In this document: positions 34,251 through 47,778 of the stretch, in pieces
Layout of the letters: each line of letters opens with the position of its first letter
Position numbering within the stretch: position 1 is the first letter of the stretch
Program-made: the position numbers and the translations under genes
The notes under the pieces: model-generated
What the model saw: the letters and a program-made list of their open reading frames with translations, nothing else
The model's database searches: none
What the model was told of the DNA's origin: nothing
DNA from: Sarea resinae
Taxonomy: Eukaryota
Assembly (NCBI GenBank): GCA_026026165.1
Contig: JAPEUD010000098.1
Location: 1-64,000, forward strand
Direction of reading: 5' to 3'
DNA length: 64,000 bases

Positions 34251-37200
34251 CTACCATTCAATACCGTTATTTCCGCCTGCCAAAATAGCCTTACTGGCAC
34301 CTATCTCACCCATACCTCCCTCCAAATGACTCTTTTGTAACGGTTTCCTTCCCTTCATACCCTTCAATTTCCGATCCAGCTTCTCAAACGGATCCTCCGA
34401 CTCCCCTTTCTTGACGACCCACTTTTGTGTCCCCAAAACATTGTCCAGCTCCTCCACAGGCGGCAACTTCAAATACACCCAGCCGTCTTCTCTCTCCTCC
34501 ACAGGGAAGGTCGCAATGTTGACCGAGTCGTCATTGCTGCACTTCCCAGCGTCGGCACCCTTGAGCTCATAGTTGCGCTTGTGAAACGGGCAGCTGACCC
34601 ATAGCTTGTCGGACTTGATATCATCCCCGATCAGTCCGTCGCTGAGCGCAAAGGCTCGCTTGTGCGGGCACATCTGCTGCGTCGCGAAATACCTGCCCTT
34701 GATCTTGAAGACAGCCAGTTGGGTGTCGCCCCGTTTGACCGCATTCGAAGATCCTGTGGGCGTATCCGGAAACTTTGAGGCCTCGATGATAGGTTGCCAG
34801 CTCAGCGAGGACCATTGAGTGCCTCGAAAGTCGTCATGGGCTGATTCCTCGGCCCAGTAAGTTGGACGTTGTTGCCCTCGCTCTTCTACTTTCTCAACAT
34901 TCTCGATCGTCTCAGACGTGTTGCCGAATTGGTGGAACACTTTTTGGCGCTCTGGGTTGTTGATCACTTCGGTCCATTCGCAGAAAAAAGTATCAACAAG
35001 GTCGGACATTTGTTTTTCGAGCTCGGCACAAATACCGAGCTTGTCTTGCAGGACAACTTCTCGGAGGTACTTGATGCCGCCTGGGAGATTCTCGATCCAT
35101 CGAGCAGTCCGCTGAAGTTTGTCGGCTGTACGGATGTAGAAGGCTAGATAGCGGTCAAGGATGGGAATGACATCGTCCGGCGGGACGTCCTTGGCCAAAA
35201 GTTCCGAATGGCGGGGTTTCGAGCCACCATTGCCACCGACGAATACATTGAAGCCCTTTTCTGTGGCGATGAGGCCAAAGCTAGAAACCGCCATTAGTGA
35301 GTGTCGCGGATTCTAAGTGAAACTACTTACTCTTTGTTCTGTGCCTCTGCACACTCTCGAACACAACCGGAAACCCCCCCTTTAATCTTATGCGGGCTTC
35401 GGATACTCTTGTACCTTTCTTCCAGCCTAACAGCCATCCCAACACTGTCACCAATTCCAAAACGGCACCACGTCGTACCGACGCAGCTCTTCACTGTTCG
35501 CAGACTCTTCGCGTACGCATGTCCGCTCTCCATCCCCGCATTGACAAGCTCCGTCCAAATAGCGATGAGATCTTGCTTCTTGGCCCCAAACATATCAATA
35601 CGTTGGCCTCCAGTGATTTTGCAGTACAAGCCATACTTCTTGGCCACTGTCCCAATGACAATGAGCTTATCCGCAGTAATCTCGCCGGCGGCGACTCGTG
35701 GTATCACGGAGAAGGTGCCGTTGCGCTGGATATTTCCAAGGAATTTGTCGTTTGTATCCTGAAGGCCGTGGAGGGGCTTATCTATGATGTGCTGATTAAA
35801 CAAGGACGCTAATATAGAACCAATAGTCGGTTTGCATGCTTCGCAGCCAAGAGATTCCGGGTCCCTTCCGCACTGCTTCATGACCTCCGTAAACGATTTC
35901 AGGTGTTTGACAAAGATGATGTTGTAGAGATCCGCCCGGGAGTAGTCGAAATGAGGGCACACTATCATTGTGAGCGTCGTATATCAGCAAAAGGGGTTTT
36001 AACTGACAGTTGTTTGATATCTCGGCTCCCATAGCCTTCATCTCCTTGTTGAAGATAGATTGTACGAGCGGCATGCACCCGCCACATCCGGTCCCGGCTT
36101 TTGTACAAGACTTGACTTCACCGATACTCTTGCACGTGCCATCCTTGACCACCTTCGCCAGATCTCCTTTAGTGACGTTGTGACAGGAGCAAATTTGGGT
36201 ATCATCGGTGCTTTTGGCCGTCAGTGGCTGCTTCCTCAAAACCTAGGGTCCAACTTACAGATCATCAGCTCCATCGTCATCAACTTTATCAGCACCAAGG
36301 ATGAGCTGACTGGGCGGCACTTCCAGGGGTTTTTGGTTCTTGACCAGAGGCACCAGTTTGATGTAGTCCCTCGTGTCTCCGATCATCATTCCTCCGAGCA
36401 GATATTTTCCGTCAAGAGTAAAGAGATATTTCTTGTACACAGCCTGAAATGGATCTCTATAGCTCAGAGCCTTTACTGGTGCAGGAGGTGGTCCATCCGT
36501 AATGTTTCTCATCTGCTCCACTGAATTTGTAGCGTCCTTCTTCGCTGCAGCCCTGCGCATTGGAAGCTCCTTCGGTCCATCGCGGTCGGCGAAAAAATCT
36601 CCAAAGCTGGCCACTTCCACCCCCAATAGCTTCAGTTTCGTACTCAGATCTGGACGTTTGAATTTTCGCGGCACATGCGCTTTGGCTTGCGTCAGATTGA
36701 AAGAGAGGACATCAGCCATCTCAATGCCAGGAGCAATCAGCCCGTAAGTCTGACCTTCCCAGCTAGCACATTCTCCGATGGCATAGATGTCCGATTGTGA
36801 AGTCGACAAGTCCGGGTTGATGACAATCCCCCCTCCCCGGTCAGCGCACTTGATGCCTGCCTTTCGTGCTAGCTCATCCCTTGCTTTGATACCGATCTAT
36901 GAGAGTCAGCAGTCTAGACATCCCGAATCTGGATAGCTACCTACCGCAAAGAGAATGCATCGGCAGTCCATCTTCTCTCCATCCTCAAATGTAATGCCGG
37001 CAACCTGATTATCGGCATCCACATGGATTTGTCCAACTCTTTTACTCAAAAGAACATCCAACCCCAATTTTCTGATCAATTCAACGACCATGCCACCAGC
37101 ATCTCCGTCCAATTGTCTGCTCAGTACCCATCGATTCCGCTCGATCAATTTCACCGACTGAAAGCTCTCCAAGTCCATCATGGCCCTCGCAGCCTCCAAA

Positions 37201-37896
37201 CCAAGCAGTCCACCCCCAACAACAGCTCCAGTAGAACCTTTGCAAGTTTCGCTGAAGGCGATCAGCTTCTGTAGATCGTCAACCGTCCGGTATACGAAGA
37301 CGCCCTTAGCATCGTGGCCAGGCGTATGACGTGGAAGGACGGCATCTGAGCCCGTTGCCAGCACAAGAATATCATAGTGAACATCGGTCCCTGCAGATGT
37401 CTTGACGATTTTATCGTCTGGCAGAATCTCCGTCACGAGAGTGTTAAGATGACAGCTCAGTGAGCTCTCGGGCATGCTAGAATACTACACAGCGATTAGC
37501 TCCCACAATCACATAAACCGAAGGAGACGAGGCGGAATACCCATTCTTTTGGATTGAGGTACAGATTCTCGACCTTTCGGTGCTGGAAAAACGATGTCAA
37601 TCCCACGCGATTATACGCCAAATGTGGCTCTTCGCCGATAACAATGACATCGTACTCGCGCCGTTTCGCATCAAGCTTCAGAAGCTTCTCTCTGGGACGA
37701 GAAGCACATATCAGCAGGAGGCCACGAAATGAGAGCGGTATCCTCACATGAACGCAATTCCCACCATCCCAAGACCTACGACTACGACTCTCTTCCTCGC
37801 CATGCTCTCGGATCTCCCATCTCCCCCGATTGGATTCTTGGCCAGCTCTTCGGGAAGCCTGTCAGCACCCGGGACCTGCCACGTCGACTCACTCAT
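34251..37896 (-). CDS. niiA: Assimilatory nitrite reductase [NAD(P)H], 6 exons
   Basis: FAD motif [25 protein letters not shown]-like CSCHNVTKG and GTGCGGC, siroheme/Fe-S motifs [12 protein letters not shown] and [14 protein letters not shown]-terminal Rieske domain CPHK...CPFHK. First ATG 37896; an in-frame alternative ATG is at 37803. Confidence 0.96.
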
Positions 37897-38451
37897 AGCT
37901 GCCAATTGGCTCCAGTGTTAGTTCGCGTTCAGATGGGTTCAGCGCAGGAGATGCAAAAACACGATACAGCACCACCAAACAACAATTATCCACGACCGAG
38001 GGAGAAGAAGTCTCAAGAGTAGCAGGGAAGAGAGAGAGAGACAGCCATTCGGTTTGGATGCTGGTCAAGTAGAGTGAGTGAGCGGAAAAAAGTGATTACG
38101 TCCAAGAGGCAATTCAAGCTATAAGTCTGGCCGTGCACATCGCCATCCTCTGCTCCAGTCGCGAGGCCGTGAAGCCGACAAGCCAATGTGTAATAGACAT
38201 AGATCCCTCCCTTCACACATGAGTCCCCGGAGAAAGAGGGTACGCGTTTCCATCGCGCGGCAAAGGACCCAAGTCCGGCACGCATAATGTCAAGAGACCC
38301 AGCGAAGGCACAGAGACGCCACCTGCGGGCACTTCGGCCGTCAGAATTTGCTCGTTCGTTGTTGACATTGGACAATGCACGTTCGCGCCAGGGGTGGCAC
38401 GGGCACTACCTTAGTGTTGCGATAAGAGATCGTCTCGCCTTCTGCGGTCGT

Positions 38452-38461
38452 CTCCGCGGAG
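38452..38461. promoter_or_regulatory. NirA-type binding site (CTCCGHGG), here as the palindrome CTCCGCGGAG, near a GATA site
   Basis: Matches the Aspergillus NirA consensus on both strands, about 560 bp upstream of niiA; GATAAG at 38421-38426 (AreA-type core). Confidence 0.7.
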
Positions 38462-38912
38462 AAAGTGTCCGGGGTCGATTCGATACGATACATGTACGAG
38501 TCAAACGTCGGCCAACCTCGAAGGCCGCATTAGCAAGCTTGTGACCAAGTGGACTCGATGTTGAATAGTTGCATACATAGTAGTTGCACAGTTGAATCAT
38601 ATCTGCCAGTCTGGACGTTGGGCTTGATGAATGCGCTTTCTGTATCAGAGACTGTATCGCGGAATACCTTCTACAATGGCTTGTTATGAGAATCTTTGAT
38701 CGGGAGAGATCGATTGATCAAAAGGCTGAGGTGCGACATTCTCTAGTGTCTTGCCTAAGAGCCTAACGTCTATGTTCCAATGCATCCGAGATCGATTTCC
38801 CTCGTCCTCCAGAATCAAGATACATGCAAAGTTAACGGTAATTTCCAGCAATGGTCACAGAAATATCCCCCCAAACGAAGAAAAGACCACCCAGTGCGCC
38901 GCCATCATCAGC

Positions 38913-41757
38913 TCAGAAAAACAGCAGATCCTCGTCCTTCCATCCCTGTTTTGTTAGACTAGCATGAATGCTCTTTTCCAACGGCTCCGGGCCACAAATC
39001 AACACCAACGACTTTTCATTCCGCACACAATACTGCTCAATCAACTCGCCGGAAACCCTGCCCCTCAGGCCCTTCCAATCATCCGGTGCTTGCGTCAGCG
39101 TATACACCAAGCGGCATTTATCGGGATTTGAATCTGCAAGCAGATCCAACTCTTTTTTGCATAGTATATCTTCGACGAGACGATTACCATCGAGAACGAC
39201 GCAGTGAGTATGGTCCTCTGTGTCTTGCATCACCGCGCGGAAGACTTGGTAGATAGGAGTGATGCCGGAGCCAGCGCATATCATCACGAAGTTCGTGACC
39301 TCGCGTCGCACGCCATTGATGGCGCAGGTGCCGCGTCCGACGTACTCGAATTTGCCTATTGGCCCTTTGAAGTCCACTGACGCGCCGATGGGAAGAGCAT
39401 CCATAGCTTTGGTCATTTTTCCGCCTTTGCTTCTGGGTGTGTCAAAGTAGACCTTGACGAGTAGCTCTAATTCGCCTTTCTTGGTCACTTCGGAAATCGG
39501 CGTGTAGCTCCTGATGATGGCTTCTTTGGTCTCAGGATCCCGTAATTTGACCATTATGTGCTGGCCCGTCGGTAGACCAAGCTTTTGTTCTTCATAATCT
39601 AGTTTAAAGATAAAAATTCTCGTGTCCGAGGATAGAATTTCCTTCCTCGTAAGGATAGCGCTGTTCCAGTTCCTGGGCTGAAGGAACACTTCTCGTTTCT
39701 CTGGAGGGCCTGCACTCTGGGAATTGTCCTCATTAAGAGCTTTCTGTGAAGCTTCGTCCAGAGACCCGATATGGTAGCCTGGCATCATAGCTTTGGCTGT
39801 TTCACTATCTGCTTGCTGTTAGTGAATGATGGTAACAATCTTTAGCAAAAGGATAATCAATACGTATAGCCATAAATTCGTCCGTGATATCCAACCCTGC
39901 CGCGGACAAAATGCTCTGCGCTCCGCCAGGATGGTCATTCAAAAATGCCGTTCCATCGTATACTTCTCCGTTGATAACAAACCACGGCTCTTCGCCTTTC
40001 TCGTGCTTTCTCAGCTCGTCTACCGAGATAATCTTGTCCACTCCATCTTTTGTCATCTTGATTTCATGTACCGCCTCAGCTTTGGATACCTGATCGTCTT
40101 CACCGCCGAGCTTCTCTCCCCAATAACCGTTCGCTAAATTCCCTCCAGCTTTCTTCACTCTTTCCATCCAGCCCCCTGACTGCATTGCTGGCTGCGTCGG
40201 ATGCTCGAATCTCAAAAAGCTCCCCTCTTCTGAGATTGCAACTCTGAACCAGTTATTGTTCATCATCCCCAAAACCGACCAGTACATGTCTCGGGGCTGA
40301 ATGTTCATACTCTCATCCATTGCTCGGACCAAGATATCCTTTGCCCCTCTGAGCTCTTCGAGAGGGATGTCTAATGACCAATGACACCAGCAGAAGCAAC
40401 TTTCACGCCATGACATATCTACCTTCCCACCAAACAGCTCCCCATCAAATTCTCGGTACCGATCCTCGGCATAATCAATCTTCGATAGTCTCCAGGTCCG
40501 TCCTTTATCGATTGAAACCTCCACCCGAGTTATGCGTCGGCCCCCACCACCGTATGCATAGCCTTTCACCCTGTAGTTTTCTGGCCCATCCGCAAGGAAT
40601 ACTCGTTCTTCATGAGCTGGATAGGCGATAGCTGAGTTCGTACTGAGATCAAATATTGCGTAACGTTCATCACGCCACCAAGACGGATCACTGCTTGCTT
40701 CTTCAGGCGAGACAGAGGTTCTGGAAGAAGTGTAAGTATATTATACACAAGCCAAAAGCTTTCAGAGAGACATACGGCAGTACTCTGTTGTCATTGATAT
40801 GATACCAATTATCGCTTGGAGCATCGGTCAAAATGAGCTTCGTCAACCACTTCACACTTCTACCACCAATCTGTCCAGGTATGACTGCTCGCAGAGGCTT
40901 TCCATGGTCTGGCCGCAGCATCTCTCCGTTCATCTTGTAGGACAGCATCATTCCTCGATTTGGATCCAAAACCCAATTTAGCTTTACCGACGTCCCGTAG
41001 AATCCATTGGGCTACGACAGTCAATCGCCAATTTACTTATATCTAATAACAAGAAGTGTACGGTGAACTCACAAGTTTGTCTGCCCCCTCCATACAAACG
41101 TAGCGCGCCTTCCGTTTGGGCTTTGCTCTGCGCAAGACGTCTGCCATCGCAACTCCTGTAAATAAGGCGTTCGAGACACCCGCAGCCCCCCAAGAAAATC
41201 CTTTAGTCTTTCGCACCTGATTTTGCTCCTTACGTCTGTTACCAGCACAGACGAAAGTCACGGGACAAGTGATCTGCTGATAGTCCGAAATGAGCTCTCT
41301 CAAGGTCAGAGTCATTGGGTTCTCAACGAGACTGGAATACGTCAGCTTTGTTCGTGTTGGATGCAGCTGGCTCTTACCCTTCAACGCTAAATTTCCAATC
41401 GGGGATATCTTCATCCCTTACCTCCGGCACAGCTCCATGGTTTCGAACGTAAAACAGCTCCGGGCTGGTCAGGAAGCCCTCATCATACAAGGCTGACAAC
41501 GGTGCTTCGACATTGAATGGGTGCACGCCCGTTAATCTGATCAAACGAGGATCACGCGGTACATGAGCATCCGGCGTATTTTTGTCGGCTGCCAAAACTT
41601 CCTCAGGAATCCGTGTCGGCGGTGGCAGGGGGTAAGATGGAACATCCTCAGGGCAAGACGACTCTGAGGTTGAGTCGTCAGTAACAGGCGGACTTGGTGG
41701 AAGATCTGCAGACACTCTTCGAAGATGGACAGCCTGCTCGGTATTGAGGGGACCCAT
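38913..41757 (-). CDS. niaD: Assimilatory nitrate reductase [NAD(P)H], 5 exons
   Basis: Moco domain RLTGVHPFNVEAP, FYVRNHGAVP, CAGNRRKEQN, DHGKPLRAVIPGQIGGRSVKWL; cytochrome b5 HPGG; FAD domain RSYTPIS, GGKMT, AGSGITP, ICGP. Confidence 0.97.
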
Positions 41758-42226
41758 TTGGACCTAGGCCGCGCGCGAAAGGACAAGGTGAAAAGCCAGG
41801 AACGCGAAAAATATATATATATTACAAACGGTTCGGGTTAGATAAAAGCACGCGATATGAGAAAAGAATCAACGAGCGATTATTATGTTAGATGGTAATT
41901 GAACGTATATAATCACACATATCACGAATTTCCTTCAATGAGCACGCTTTGACCTTGGACGGCGACATTCTTGCCGATGCTAAGATCGAACAGAGACAAG
42001 CATGGAGATCTTTGGCCGCGGAAAACAAGAGTTGAAGTAGAAGGAAAGTAGAACTCTAGGAGTAGATCCGTAGACACGGCAGTGTAGATGGTGTGTGTGG
42101 GTGGATAGCACGGATGAACGTAGGGAGATCTTGCTGTCAGGACGGGTCTCTTATCTCCCGGGTACCCTTGACCTTGGACTTGCCGACAGATCCTAGACTC
42201 CATGAGTCAAGAGTCCTCGCCCCTTG

Positions 42227-42234
42227 CTCCGCGG
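42227..42234 (+). promoter_or_regulatory. NirA-type site (CTCCGCGG) upstream of niaD
   Basis: Exact CTCCGHGG match about 470 bp upstream of the niaD ATG; HGATAR-like sites near 41840, 42151 and 42605. Confidence 0.65.
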
Positions 42235-42899
42235 GGCGACATTCCTGGTACCGCCAGACCTTTCCATCTTCGACCTCGTATGACATGGCATGTCTGGCCA
42301 ATTCCCGTTGCTAAGACACCGCTCATCAATGCCGTCAAGGTCTGAACAATCTGAACAATGAGTACATCACTGATCATCATTGTTGTTTCGATCGGCACCA
42401 AACTAGGCGTCAACTCTCCTTGGAGGAGAGTTGGAAGAGAGCCAAGTACGGCGTAAGCGGAGAGCGGCTGCTCGCCGCTCGGAGTGAACGCTTACTGGGA
42501 CACGGAGAAGCACCGGAGAACGAGCAATAGAGAGTACTCGGCGGTGCAATGACCCGTTTTCGATTATCCCACTCTATTAGCAATTACTCAAATACCGAGC
42601 ACTCTTATCACGACATTTCGAGAATCTGAAAACCATCAGGAAAATAAAACATTGGAGGCTTGACGCATTGGATGATGCCAACGAAGCCCCTGATTCTAAG
42701 ATGCTACTTCTTATGCTAATCCAGGCGACACCCAGACGCTGCGATCCTAGCGAGATCAATGAAATCCATCATCGTGATCTGGCAATGCTCTCCACCGCAC
42801 CGCCGTTCCCCCCCCAAATACCTTATCATAGTACCTTACCCTCCTCAACGCCTATGCTCTCGATGACTGTTTCAATCTCTATGGCCCAGACGATGATTC

Positions 42900-43939
42900 T
42901 CATGCCGTCTTACGCCCTTTCCAAGCAATGAAGCGACGCTGCTTATCCTGTGTCGATGTCTCTTTCTTACGCTGATACTCGTCGGCCTTCTTCTGGAAGA
43001 TGCTGCCGTCAAAGACACCCCTGACATCTTCCTTGCGCAGGATTCCATCGTCGGGCCAGAGGAGGAGGTAGACGCCGAGCCCTATTGATTTCGATTAGTA
43101 TCTATACCGCGAATACTCAAATGTTATACCCAGAGTAAAGAAGATTTCAACATACACTCGAAGAATACAGCACTCCATCCAAAGAAGTCGAAAACCAGGC
43201 GCTGGCCATTGAAAGCTCTGATAAGATCCAACCAATTCAGCCCCCCTTTGTTGTCACGGTCATACTTGGCAAAGATGTTCTCGAAATTCTGCGGAACAAA
43301 TCGGCCCTCGTTGTCGTAGCTCATGCTATCACTGCCGTGCTTGCCCTTATACGCTCTGGAGACGAAGATGCGGAAGAATGGGTCGGGCAAGATGCCCGGA
43401 GCAGTCGGGTAGCTGATGAAACCGTTGATCAAGAAGGTGCCATAGAGCGAGAGGATGATCGACCAGCCCCATTTGCGGAAGCCGTTGTAGGTGTCGCGCG
43501 GCCAGATGACCCCATCATGGTCGGGATCGAAGTAATCCATGTGTTGCATGACCACCTAGGTTTGAACAGTCCTGCAATCAGACTATGCCAATTCAGAACC
43601 CGAGTTCGTGCAGCTTACAGTTTGATGCTCATGCTCTTTGGCCCAGTTCCCGTCAGTGGCTCCATTAGGACTCTCATTTGAAGGAGCAATTGTGGCCCTG
43701 GCGGTACCTGCGTCGATGAGAGCATCTCCTTCTTTTGGAACATAAGGGCTTCGTTCTGCTGTCACGGGCTGCTCTGGAATATTGACACTATAAGGCTTTG
43801 CTGGCGGGGCGCCGTTTTCAGAAAGCTCAGCGCCTCCATCGACGTGTTTGGTGTCTAGGTTGTCACTGGAGTTGTCACTGACACCATTGACGCCATTCGG
43901 CGCGGCGACTTCAGCGTAGCTTGGTTTGCCGTCATCCAT
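42900..43939 (-). CDS. Caleosin / peroxygenase (EF-hand lipid-droplet protein), 3 exons
   Basis: QHMDYFDPDHDGVIWPRDTYNGFR (heme His plus EF-hand), proline knot PTAPGILPDPFF, KHGSDSMSYDNEGRFVPQNFENIFAKYD, last exon GILRKEDVRGVFDGSIF...KTA*. Confidence 0.92.
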
Positions 43940-44985
43940 CGCTGACTATGAGGCTCTTCTCTACAAACAGAGATCTTATGAGTTGAGATCAAGAGACTGA
44001 ATGGGTATACAGTGGATATCTAATGAGTGGCTGGAGTGAGAGGTGGAAGGACGATAGTAGAGCAAGGCACTCTGGTGAAACAAGGTGGTTGCGAACGAGA
44101 GAATACGTCCAAGTCATTTGAAACCAAGTATCTATCATAGGCCGATTCCATAGGTCGCATCCTTCCACATTCTATCATACGAAGGCAATGTTTTCCGTCC
44201 ACTGCCTTCAAAACTTCTTGCAACACATTACTCGAGTACTAGGTAGTAGGAGGACGCGAAGTAATGACGGAACGCCCGCCAAAACGGGATCCACTGATAC
44301 GCGCAATGACGACTAGTAGCAGGTGGAAATACCAAAGGTACCTCCCGCGCGCCATTGAACGGTACCTCCAGCTACTGCGAATGTACTGTAGGAGGTAGGG
44401 TACCCCAGTACGCAGTAGGGGGTAGGTATCTCAAGTAGGCACGCGGATGGGAAATCTCCTATTCATCCATCTTCCAGTCAGTCACATGCAATAGCACCGA
44501 GGATAATCAAACCTTGGAACGTTAGGTCATCATCAATCCTTCATCGTGAATGCTTCTATGTTATTTTGATCTAACCTCGTACCTATCCTGCTCGCATCAT
44601 GTGTGGATGCGTTCCCAGGTAGGTCCAATATACCATCGTCCAGCAATATAGCTCGATATCATGCACAGGGCTGTTGTCGCATACAAGACCATTGAACATC
44701 CAAATAAGCCACTAGCAAATACTCATACAAGAGGTGAATGATACAGAGACCCCATGACACCCCCGTCTGAATCCCTTCCGCTGCTAAATCGGCAGCCCGC
44801 AGGAAGATAACATGAGAGGTGAAGAGAAAATGAGTCGGAGTTGAAGGAAATGGTATGATACACGCTAAAACGAAACCCGGATTGGGGAAACAAGACAAAA
44901 CATCTTGGTGAAATGGTGAAGACGACCAAGGAAGAAGAGGCTTCTCTTTCCAAGCTTCCGGTATCTTCAATACTGCCAACCTTGC

Positions 44986-47028
44986 CTACCCTAAACTAGC
45001 CAGCACAGCTGCCAATCCGCCCTTATCATACCTCACGTACTTGCCCTTGCCCTTATCAATCTCATGATATCGGTCCCAAAACCTCGCATAAAGCGGTTCA
45101 ATATACCGCTGCACCTCTCTCGCCAATAGCGCTTTGACCTCTCTCTCCATACTCAGAGCGCGATGTCTCCCAACCAGCTCATCAAATGCAGCATTGAAGC
45201 CGCGGAATTTCTCTTTGATGGCATCCCGGTCCTTGCCGCTAAGAGCCTTGACGACAGCGGCGCTGTCGATGACACCGCCGGATTGCGGACGGCCTGCGGC
45301 CTGCGTCGCGCGATTGGTGTACTGCACGTCCAGGAGCTGTACCGATGCTTCTTTCCACGCGTCGAGATATAGGGATGTCCCCTTCTTGGACCAAGTTTCG
45401 ACCTTGCTTTGTTGCTGAGTAGAGAGGAGGGGGCGGAGGTCGGATAGACGGACGAGACGGTCGATAATAGCGACATTGTTGGAAACGAAGACGCCTTGGA
45501 CAGATTTCCCTTTCAGGAGACCCTTGGCCTTCTCTTCGAGAGTGGAGAGGAGCGTTTCAATTGTGTCATTGATATAATGAGCAAGGAGTTGACGACCGTC
45601 GGCGCCGACGTCGAAGCCTTTCGTGCTGGTGGTTGAGGGGGGCGCAAACCAGTTGCCATCGCCGAGAGAGGTAAGGATAGAGGAGAGAGGGGAGAGGTAG
45701 GCTGTCATTGATTGGAGGCGTGTCATAGTGTCGAAGGTTATGGGAATGGCGGCGCCGTCAGGTGGAAGTGTGGGTAGCGCTTGGATGCGGCGGCGAGTAT
45801 CAGCGAGCAATTCGTAGAGAGATGCTTTTGCAGTGTCTCGAATGGGCTGAAGAGCGTCAGATAGAGGGGCTTTGAGCTCGCCTGTGCTTGATTCGAGGCG
45901 GAAAGAGAGGTTGGAGACGATGTCAATGATTTCGTAGGCGAGGAAGCAGTCAGTCATGAGGTTGCTTTTGATGTGCGTGTTTAAGTCGCGGAGCGTTGTG
46001 GAGAATTCAGAAAGTGAGATTCGACAGGTTGCGCCATAAACACGGCTCCATTCTTCACGAGCGAAGATGGGAGTGATGCTCTCGTATTCCGCAAGGTAGA
46101 GACCCTCCATGCCCGCCGCGTATGTGCCTATGCCATTGGTACCCTGCTGGTATATCGTCTCGGCATTCTTTCTCTTCGCTGTATTTACCGAAGCTGCAGC
46201 CAGGTTTTGTAAGCTCGTAGACATATAAGGACCTCTTATATCGGCATATATCTGTGCTGTTGGTACTTCACGGGACTTATGCTGAGGTGCTTGCATGGCT
46301 GAAGTCCTGACATATGAGTGTATAAGACCCAATCTGGACAATTTGTCTTGCGCGATGGCGGGAAAGGGGATCTCTGGACGATGTTAGAAAGTCTCAAGCA
46401 ACTGGATAGAACCGACTGACGCTTGGTGATATAGTGCAATGGCTCAACAGGACGGACGTCCTCCTTTAGCAAATCACGGAAGACGCCTTCCAATTGCTGC
46501 GTCCCTGATTTTAGTAGCCCGCTCAGCTCGGAAATAGCCTGTTGATTGGCGCGAAGGTTCGTCGCTTTTAAATCCGATAAGGCTTGGGTGATACGTTTGA
46601 GTGAGTCGAGGAAATCCAAGAGGCCGGCATTCTGAGGGCTAAAAGATGTCAGAAACGATTCAAAGATTTTGATCGATGCTACACTGACCCTGCTCTAATG
46701 ATCTTCTCTTCCTTACCGCTGAGATCGAGGGGCTGGCGTATCTCCTCAATTGCGGCACAAATCCGATCGATGTCTAGAGCGTTTCTCAGCAGAATGATCT
46801 CTGAAGCCGTACTCCGCCACTGTACTTACTTGAATTCACCGTCTGTAGTCGCTGTGTGCTGCCATAAATCGGTCCGATAGCCTCCTGGACGTTCCTCCCA
46901 CTTGTCTCTAGCCGTGTCAAAGAGCCCTGGATCTTCTTCGTCAAACCCTTGAGCTTCTCCATGTTGGCGAAGAGAACTTCGACCTCCGCGCTCTCTTCCG
47001 CGTAGGCGGCATTCCTTGGGCCGACCAT
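44986..47028 (-). CDS. EXO70: Exocyst complex subunit Exo70, 4 exons
   Basis: [81 protein letters not shown]. Confidence 0.95.
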
Positions 47029-47778
47029 GGTAACGAGTTTGGCCCCTTCGGATTGTGGCTTAGGGTTTGCGGAGTGAGAGCAAAATCGAAACGTGATGGC
47101 AGGAGGTCATTGGCCCCACCCGTCTGGTTGCACCGGAGAGTAGACGCTCTTCCTGGGACAGGAGATGACAGACGAGCGTCCAGTGGTGAATGGAGCGATG
47201 AAAAGAGCAGGCAACAGTAGAATAATAGCTGGAGCTTGATTGGAACTGCTTCTGTCGAGAGCGCTGTTGCTCCGGTCCATGGACCCCGGCGACCACGGCG
47301 CAAGGGATTCGCACAAACATTTATCCGAGTATCTGTGGACGTCCAATTCCATTCCATGTTGGAACGGAACGGAGCTGGAGCCCGAGGACTCCGACCGCCG
47401 GGCGCGTGGAGGCCACGCCGCCACGAATACTCCGGAGTACAAGGCAATTGCAAGGCAAATGGACCCTGTCCGTTACCCGGCTTGAGCCAACCCACCAGCC
47501 CGATGCCCAACAGAAAGAACAGGGCAGGGAAACATGCAAAAATGGCATGACGACGACCCCGATCATTGATCATTTCCGGTGCAATCCGTAGATGCTGATT
47601 CTCCTCTACTCTACCGCTGCTCCTCGATTCCGTTCTCGTAGCAGTACCACGCTCTTTACCTTTTTCCAACTACCAACCGCGTCATCTCCCCATCACAACC
47701 TGGGGGATCCGATAAATCCTGTCCTTCTCAATCTTGGTCGGCTTCCTCACGTATGCAGTGCGGCTTGAATCACACAAG

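Noticed and set aside
46941..47669. 242-aa minus-strand ORF overlapping the EXO70 start and the bidirectional promoter
   Set aside because: Non-ATG start, out of frame with Exo70, no domain features.
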